Shown piece by piece: positions 55,766 to 64,000 of a stretch of DNA of 64,000 bases; the first letter of the stretch is position 1, and the number at the start of each line of letters is the position of its first letter. Under the pieces are notes generated by a model. That model had not been told where the DNA came from and ran no database searches. It was given only the letters and a program-made list of their open reading frames with translations. Source of the DNA: Bigelowiella natans CCMP2755 (taxonomy: Eukaryota > Protista > Cercozoa); contig ADNK01002607.1 of assembly GCA_000320545.1 (NCBI GenBank), positions 1-64,000 on the forward strand, in the 5' to 3' direction. The position numbers and the translations under genes were made by a program.

Positions 55766-57621
55766 TTAAACGCCACAATACTGGCAGCAAGCATCGCCTG
55801 CCTTGTTTCCATTTTTGTCTCCCCAATCTGGGGAGCCGTCATTGTTCCTCCTGAGATCGGCACACGTGTGTCCGAAGCCGTTCACCCATGTTCCGTCCAC
55901 ACAATTGGAGGTGCCGCAACCGCTACGCTGCCCAGAAGGCTCGGTTGTACCAGCAGGACAATATTGGCAGCAAGCATCGCCTGCCTTGTTTCCATTTTTG
56001 TCTCCCCAATCTGGGGAGCCGTCATTGTTCCTCCTGAGATCGGCACATGTGTGTCCGAAGCCGTTCACCCATGTTCCGTCCACACAATTGGAGGTGCCGC
56101 AACCGCTACGCTGCTTCGATGGTGTAGAGACAGGCTCGGGTGTACCAGAAGGCTCGGTTGTACCAGCAGGACAATATTGGCAGCAAGCATCGCCTGCCTT
56201 GTTTCCATTTTTGTCTCCCCAATCTGGGGAGCCGTCATTGTTCCTCCTGAGATCGGCACATGTGTGTCCGAAGCCGTTCACCCATGTTCCGTCCACATAA
56301 TTGGAGGTGCCGCAACCGCTACGCTGACCAGATGTTGGTGGTACTGGATCATAAACCTGTGCCGGCTGTGGCGTTGGTACTGGATCATAAACCTGTGCCG
56401 GCTGTGGCGTTGGCTCAGGCGTTGGTTGGGGAGTACTTGGCTGTGGCGTTGGCTCAGGCGTTGGTTGGGGAGTACTTGGCTGTGGCGTTGGTTCAGGCGT
56501 TGGTTGGGGAGTACTTGGCTGTGGCGTTGGTTCAGGCGTTGGTTGGGGAGTACTTGGCTGTGGCGTTGGCTCAGGCGTTGGCTCAGGCGTTGGCTCGGGT
56601 GTGGTGGCCTGGCTTGTCCCTTTCTCCCCGTCGCAATACTCCCATTCCTTCCCGCCTCCATTCATCACGAAGCACCAGATCGTATCGCGCTTTCCTCCTG
56701 GGTTGCGGCATAGTGCGTTCTCCTCGAGGCCAGATGTGGGGAACTTTGCGGGGGTGTAGTCGGCTGTTGTAAACCATGGAATGCACTTGCGACCGGACCG
56801 CGTCTTTGACTGGCATCCACGGTAGCTCCTCCATTCCCAACGACAGATTCAGCAGGGCAGGCAAACTTCGCCGCGCTAGGCGCTACTGCCCCGCACAAGC
56901 AGTTCTCGCGCTGTCCTGTTATCGTCTTGCCCTCTTTGGAGATGAAACTGAGGCACTCCGTGTGGACCACCTCTACCCCCCTGGACTGACCGAACTCGTT
57001 CTTGCCGAGGCTCAATGCCGCACCGTAGCAGGTTTCGCCCTTGGGCCGCTTCGCGCCGGTTTTATCCCACAACTTCATCACGCTCCTAAAAGTTCTCCCA
57101 GTGCCTGCTCCCGTCTTCGATTCCATAGGAATTTGGGTTCCGCCGACCTTTATGACCATGTCGGGTGCCGAGAATCGATTCGCGGTATTGTGATGGTGCT
57201 CGGTCTTGGGGAGCAGCTGGTCCAGCTTATATCTGAACTGAATCTGCGCCCCGTCTCCATTGCCCACGAATCCGGTGTCCACCCATTCCAAAACGGCGAA
57301 ATTGTCGCAGGTTTTGCCGAAGTAGTTCGTAGGGCAATCGCACTTGCCGGTGACCGTGTTGACCTTTCCGCCATTTTTGCAGGTGAGCGCTAATTTGTCG
57401 CACGTGGGGCCGACGTAGTTCTCCTTGCAGCGACACTTGCAGTCCTTGGTGAAGCTGCCGTGGACGCACTCTGGCTTGGAGGCGCATTCGGTTGGGACGG
57501 CGACTTTTACGGCCACGACATTCCCAAATGGGACTGAAGTGGCGATCTTTACATGACCTTTCTTTCCCCAACTCTTCCCCCATGCCGTTATGTCAGTGTA
57601 AAGTAATCTTACGGCATCCAT
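55766..57621 (-). pseudogene. Frameshifted, apparently 5'-truncated gene for an extracellular mosaic protein (papain C-terminal remnant, 2 EGF-like repeats, kringle, PT repeats, 3 Cys repeats)
   Basis: WGKSWGKKGHVKIA; CVHGSFTKDCKCRCKENYVGPTC and CKNGGKV..CDCPTNYFGKTC. The kringle SYRGCQSKTRSGRKCIPW..LEENALCRNPGG..IWCFV..WEYCD is readable only after a frame change near 56830. A 14-nt A-run starts within the stop codon. Confidence 0.6.
55770..56600 (-). repeat. Intragenic tandem repeats: 3 x about 150 bp Cys-module and PTPEPTPQPST-type repeats
   Basis: Three near-identical nucleotide copies encoding QRSGCGTSNCVDGTWVNGFGHTCADLRRNNDGSPDWGDKNGNKAGDACCQYC, plus four 42-bp Pro/Thr units. Confidence 0.9.
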
Positions 57622-57914
57622 GAGTAATTTATAAATAGAAGAAATCCCACAGGAAATCTAAATAATTGTTACCGACCGAACGAGGAGTCTTTTTTAGAAA
57701 TCATGATGAGATTCACAAACTCTGACACAAAATCGGACCAAAACGACTAGATTTATCTTTTGATCAGTTTCCTGAATGCTTCGAATGATCTAAACTCTCA
57801 TTACATGTGCTTCCGGTAAAACTGACGTTTGACGGGGAGGAATTTTCCGACAAAATTCAGTAAAAGCTTCAGTTTTGTAGTCGCATTGTAAAAATTGAAA
57901 GCTTTTCCCATGAA

Positions 57915-59946
57915 ATGTCTATCAGCGAGCTGTTAGCCGCAGCTTCACTCGTCAGCCGTGGCGTCTTACCGGTAAGGATATCAGGATACATGTATCCAAT
58001 AACTAATAATTTTGCTTCTTTTTCCATATCGTACTTTCAAAAACACATACCTTTTCCATTATTGCTTTTTGGGAAGAAGATAATTGTCGCAATGTGAAAA
58101 ACCATGCTATCCTTTCAGGCGAAAAGCTGGTCGTACCTTCCCCGATGCTTCCGCCCCTCTGATGAACGGTACAGTAGCAGCAGGAGCAGTAGCAGAGTAA
58201 GATCAGCAGCTAAAGAAGAGCTAATTGATCGCATTTAGCAAGGCAACTGTTTAGTTCTCAAATTCCACACGGATGTCGCGAACAGTGGCGGATAATGTAA
58301 AGCTGGGGTATTACCACAACGGAATTAACGACTTTGGCGGTGCTGTTTTATCTGGGTAGGTAGTTGTAGGTCCGACTTTCCAGAGAATCTTCGTTGAATT
58401 ATTTACCTTTCTCACTCAATCGATAGGGGGCAAACTGTAGACTGGGATGAAGAGCTTCAAGACCTGGAAGAGAAATACGGTCCGCTCAAGTTTGGGGACT
58501 ATGACGGGGAGGGGGGGACCCAAGAAATTACTGTCGAGGAGGAGGAGGAGGATGGTGAAGACGAGGGGAAAATTCTACATCTAGTAAGCGCCAGTCCAGA
58601 GCCATCGGTCGCCACGAGCGATGCACAACAAGTTCGTTTGGATCTTGAGGCACAAATGAATGCCATGATAAAAGATATGGGGCAACTGAAGATAAGGAAC
58701 AATGTCCTGGCTCGGACGCTCGAGTACGCGGAGGTCGAGTTGGAAGACATCAGAAAAGCTGTAAGTTTTGCATCTTATTGATGAATCTTCATAAAGTCTA
58801 AAGTTGAAATTGTGATCATCATCATCATCATCATCATACGCTTAGAGGAGAGAGGAAGCGCTCAAGAGGCGAAAGAATCGCACGGTCAAACCGAAAGCGG
58901 AGACGAATCCGATTGAAATCACAGGTGGAGAGAAGAACATACTTTCTGACCAGCGTCGTACCATCGAATCTCTTGATCTTCGTGTGCGCGGTCAACGAAA
59001 AACTATACGTGCTCTTCAAGACAAACTGGCACTTAAAACCCAACAAGCTGCAGTTTCTGCAGAAAAGGCTGAGCATTTAGCTGCAACAAATATCAACCTT
59101 CGCGCTCAAATACGGCATCTCCGTTCAAAATTGGCGAACGAACAGAAAAAAATGAAAGATGTCGCCGCTGCCACCACCAACACCAACACCACGCATTCCA
59201 AGGTAGATGTGACGAGCGGGAAGGAGCAAGCATGTGGGAAAATAAAATCCAAAAGTAGTGTAGACAATGCCAAATTGAAAAGGACGACAACAAAAATGGT
59301 GGCTGCGGCGCAGATGGAAGAGTTGGCATACTTGAAAAGGACACTGAAGGAGGTGCGCCAAAATGCCTCGGCTGCGTGGAAAGCAGATACAAGAACAAAA
59401 AAGCAGCTCCGTGATCTTCGTGAGGAAATGCAGGTTGATAGTCAACTTACATAGTGATTGTGTATGCCCGTAGATGCATACAGATAGTGAAACGCACCTA
59501 CTAACACTTTTTGCTACTTTCAGGACCTCAAAGCAGAGCTTTCGCTTAGAGAGAAACAAGTAGAATCTGGCAAGGCAGCGGAAGCAACCGTCGAGAAGCT
59601 GACGACCGAAATCAAGGAACAAGCTGCAACTGTTGCCTCTTTCCAACAGCAAATTGTAGCCTCGGATAACCGCTACAAGGAACTTAGAGAAGTATATGAA
59701 GATCTTAATAGCCGATTTCTAGAGTCGCAAGGGGCTCAGCGCGCTTCAAAGGCTGCAAGGAAAAAGCTGGCCGATTCCCTTCGATTGTACGATCAGAAAT
59801 TAGCTTCCATGGATCATTTGAATAGACGAATATGCAGGAGTTTAGGCATTGAGATGGAATCTCTCCACAAAGGGCTTCTCCAAGCTGCTAGTCGAGCTCG
59901 CAAAGAAGCTGAGGTATTGGGAATTTCGTCGTCATCGTCGTTGTAA
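57915..59946 (+). CDS. Hypothetical coiled-coil protein, about 5 exons
   Basis: Exons VDWDEELQDLEEKYG..LEYAEVELEDIRKA, VRGQRKTIRALQDKLALK..LRDLREEMQ, DLKAELSLREKQ..SSSSL-TAA, all heptad-like and charge-rich. Confidence 0.7.
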
Positions 59947-61087
59947 GCTGCTGCATGCTGTATGCCCTGTCTATGTAGTTTGAACATAAGCTAGCTCTCA
60001 CAAGCAAAGGAGATGGAGCACAAGCTAAGATCACAGCGTTGCACACCATGTCATCATGGCATGTTCATGTGCACGCATCAAGCTGACGTTCGTCTCATGC
60101 ATGCTAGCATGCGCTGTGGCGATCGAGTTGTGCAGTGCAACTGCAAGTGCTGGAGTGGCTGCAATGAAATCATCACAACCGCCAATGCCAGAATGGCGGC
60201 ACAGTGTGCAAAGGCCACCCATCGCAGAGTGCTGCTGCTGACGTGTCATGCCACTGCATTGTGCTGTGGCATCCAGGCATCACAACCAAGCGAATTGCGT
60301 GAGTCGTGTTGTGGCGCTAGCCAGCTAGGAGAGCAAAAAAACACTGGAACACAGAAAATTCTGCTGATTTCGGTGCGATCTAGCACCGTGAGAACGCAAG
60401 TCAAATGCGCCAATCAGAGATCAATTGAAACCCTGTCAAACGAATCATGCGGGATAATAATAGACACGTGCATACACACGCATATCTGATACACGCGTAG
60501 CATTTTTTATGACTCCGTGTAAGATAATCATATAAAATAAAAACCTGATACATAATAGACACGTTATATTATAACTTTGTCTATAATATACATGACATGG
60601 CACAAATTAAATAAGCTGCGTACAACAATTACAACTGAGTAGCCGCTGCTCCATGCATGAACACAAGTCTGCTCAATAGTCATGCTAAAGGCCAAGATAT
60701 ATGAGATATATACTGACGAGAACCTGTGGATGACAACAGTAGATAGTAGAAGTCGAGACTATAAATGGATAGAGCCTTGTGGGCCACTCATAGATAGTTT
60801 GTGCCTGCTAGGACAGAAGCTGTAATCACTTTATTATATACATCTTATATTTCATCGCTTCATTCCTGATCTTCATACTGAGTAGCTGCCTAATATAGAC
60901 AATAAAGTCTCTATTCGTATATAAAACGCAATTAGCTCATGCTCTCTCGCTAACCAACGTAATACAAACATCAAAATTTGGAAATAAACTTACAGTGCGT
61001 GCCCCTAGCATTATACCCATAGCAAAGGATAGTAACAAGGATGTGCTACATGCACCTGGGCAGCCTACATCAGGTTTGCACACCTTT

Positions 61088-64000
61088 CTATGACTGCATC
61101 GCAGCAACTTGCTCGTCAGACACAACGTGATACCCACATGCTGGACCTCCAGCATTGCACCGCCACCCACCGTCTACTTTAGTGTAGCCGTAGCCAGCTT
61201 CACAACACCCGATGCGAAGCACCTTTTTGTATGCCGCTGCGAGCTTTCGAGCTTCCTCCGCCTTCCTGGCCTGTTCCTCCAGCGCCTTCATTTCCTCTTC
61301 TATTCGCTTTCGCTCCTCCTCTTCTAGGGCCTCCTGGAGAAGTTTCGCCTTAATGGCATCGATAAGGGCCTGGCGTCGCGCGCGCTCTTTTTCGTTCTCT
61401 TTTTCTTTAGCCTCTTCGGCCATCTTTTTGGCTTCGTGTTCTTTCTTCATCTTAAGTTTCTCCTCCTCTGTCACATTTTTCATCAACTTTGCGTCGTCTT
61501 TGAGCTTCTCGTCCCCCTCCTTTATCTTCTTTTGGGCACGCTTTCTGTCGCCGTCCGCATGCTTGCCATCAGGTGCAGCGGGCTGCTGGTTCGAGTTTCT
61601 ACCTCTCTGGCGTTCACGGACACTTTCTTTCAGGTCGTCAGCTGCAAAAATGACGTCGGCGTGCATAGACGGGGCCTTCGTGTCGCCCTCCCGCGCAGGT
61701 GGCCGTATTTTCATTTTTTCCTGAAAGGTCTTCTCAAAATCGTGGAAAGAAAGGTTGTCGCCATCTCTGCGCGACAAACTGACTTGCTGCGCTCCTGTAA
61801 ACACAGCGTCAGCATCGCTAGCATTTCCCCATTTGCCTGGGTTCTTGTTACGTAGCTGTGTGAACTTCTTCTCGAGGTAACTCGCGTCGACGCCAACGTT
61901 GTACCCATTGCTCTTGGCTTGGCCCATGAGAAACTTTGCACAGTCCGAAGGAGACCAATCTTTGAACTCGAGTATTTTTTTAAAACGTCGGTTGATGCCA
62001 GGGTTTGTGTTCTCCATGAAGAACTTCATTTCGTCTGGATAGCCTGCGAGAACTACAACAGTCCGTTTATGTTCTTCGGAGCTCATTTGCGTCAATAACG
62101 TGCCAACAGCCTCTTTTGCATAGCTTCCGCGCACGTCAACGAGCTCGTACGCCTCATCAATGAAGAACACCCCACCCCGAGCCTCCTCCATTTTTTTCTT
62201 CACTAAAGCTTTTGTAGAGCCGACATGCTGCCCTTGCATGTTGAGGGCCGAAGTCTCGACGAGCGTAGGCGTCGCCACTATTCCAAGCTCGTACAGTACA
62301 CCCGCGAGGCATCTAGCGACTGTCGTCTTGCCCGTTCCGGGGCGACCAGTGAATACGAAATTGAGGCCCTCCTTAAGCTTTTTCAACAAATCTCTTTTGC
62401 CGCGTGATTTGGCCGTCTCAAGACTCGTCTTCAATTCCATGAGCTGTTTTTTAATATCACCAGTGTTGTAGAGATCATCCAAGGCGGCTATTCCAGTCTT
62501 TTCAGCACCTTTTTGTTTCGCGCGTATGAAATCTTGGATCGTGAGCTCTTGACGCGCACCTGCTGGCGTCATACCCATTCGGTACCGTGCGGACATCCTA
62601 AGCTGAGCATCAGACAGCATGGAGTCGATGGCTCCGGCGTTTCCAAAGTTAGGTTTGACCTTCTGCTTCTCGAGGAGGTCCACGGCAAAATTGACTGTTT
62701 TGTAGCTGATATACAATTCCTTTTTTCTGCACACGAGCTTAAGAATCGTGCGGAGTTCGGTTCGATCAAAGTCGTTGAAACGTAGCGCGTTCTCTGGATT
62801 GAACCTGAAATAGCATTGAAGATATTGAATCGTTAAAAAATGTTGAAAATATATACTAGAGAGGCGAATAGTCAACGCTAGAACAGGCGACTAACTAAGG
62901 TTCTGGTCCGTCTGACCTTCTGCTCAAGCCTGGATTTTGCTCTCTCAGCATTTTAAACATCTCCTTGGGGTATCCAAGCATTAGCACAGCGATGTCATCG
63001 CCAGGCTTGTTGTGAACCTAACAACCAGTAAGGAAAACAAAAACGAAACAGGCTTTACGTCACAGCATTACAGGCGTATCAATCATGCATGTGCGCTGAC
63101 CGCGCCCACCTTTTCAACAATTGTGTCGAGAGCCTCTCGTCCGTAATTTTGGTCGTTGAGACTGTAAGCCTCATCAATCACGAGGACCTTGCCTGCTGCT
63201 CGCTTCAGAATTCGCTTCGTGTTATGTTTCGTGACACCCTCAGCTTCACCTATGAAGTCTGACGCCGTTGTGACCACGACCTCGCCATCGCTGAGAATCC
63301 CAGCATATTTGAGGATTTTCCCGTAAATCTTAGCCACAGTCGTCTTGCCAGTGCCAGGATTCCCAATCATCAAGCGGTTCAGGGCGTACTCTGTTGGCTT
63401 AGATCCCTTCATTTCGAGGTCGTAGCTCTCGATAACGTTGTCCACCAAAGCATAGATCTCCTTCTTCACCGTCTCCAGTCCGATAAAATTTGTGCGCAGC
63501 TCGCGCAGGGCCTCGGCGAGTGGTCCTCTAGATTTGTCCGGTCGCGGCCCAAGAACATCCTCAATTTTTATTTCAGGGGCTGTGTTATCGGCGACAGCCT
63601 GGCGGACAACAGCGTTCCTATACGCTTTCTGAAACAAGTTACGCACTTCGCCTGCATTACCAAACCCATAGCGCCCTCGCCCTGCGGCCAGCCTGCGCGC
63701 GGCCACGTCCGCGCACTTATCCTTGTCTGCCTTATCCAGCACCCAGCCGCTCTTCTTGACCATACCGCGAAATATGGACCTCAGCTCAGCTTCGGTGAAA
63801 TCCTCAAACTCCCAGTTGAACTCGACCGGAAAACGACGGCCCATCCCGGGGTCTGCTGCGAGGATATTTTCCTCAATGTCCTTCTTGTAACCCGCCATAA
63901 TGATTGTTAGGTCTTCGCGCTGGGTCTCACTGATATCCATAATCTCGTTCAGAATCTCCTCCCCGTTGTGACGACCACTGAGAGGATCTAATTTGTGGGC
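61088..64000 (-). CDS. Multi-AAA ATPase of CbbX/SpoVK type (two complete AAA domains plus the tail of a third), coiled coil and Cys-rich C-terminal motif; 5' part beyond the window
   Basis: Walker A motifs GNPGTGKTT and GRPGTGKTT, Walker B motifs LVIDEAY and FFIDEAY, AGY..DPG/NPG..RRF, FGNAG lids. C-terminus GCCEAGYGYTKVDGGWRCNAGG..HVVSD. Two short introns at about 62806-62898 and 63019-63109. Confidence 0.88.

Noticed and set aside
55712-57393. Plus-strand ORFs of 333, 205 and 170 aa
   Set aside because: Antisense shadows of the minus-strand EGF/kringle/PT-repeat gene.

Overview
Eukaryotic nuclear DNA from a gene-dense, intron-rich, microsatellite-laden protist genome. A SAR-group organism such as a chlorarachniophyte/cercozoan is plausible, but that is inference only. 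Gene models were spliced by eye from GT-AG junctions. They include: the 3' part of an insulinase/IDE-type M16A peptidase, CCDC77, SEH1, acetyl-CoA synthetase, a PhnB/VOC protein, the SNF1/AMPK alpha kinase, SMG8, a TMEM35/DoxX membrane protein, a thioredoxin fused to SH3/KOW-like repeats, a mitochondrion-targeted pyruvate kinase, a frameshifted EGF-kringle-repeat gene, a multi-AAA CbbX/SpoVK-type ATPase, and several hypothetical genes. Non-coding features are two tandem tRNA-Phe(GAA) genes with a C53:G61 swap in the T-arm and a two-hairpin H/ACA-type RNA present as two near-identical copies 15 kb apart. The most unusual signal is a series of 0.5-1.2 kb intergenic islands, nearly all just downstream of gene 3' ends. 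In the strongest islands the dinucleotide TA is almost eliminated except inside CTAG, while TG/CA, CATG, TGCA and AGCT are abundant. This looks like the footprint of a targeted, context-specific A:T to G:C mutation or base-modification system acting at transcription-termination regions.
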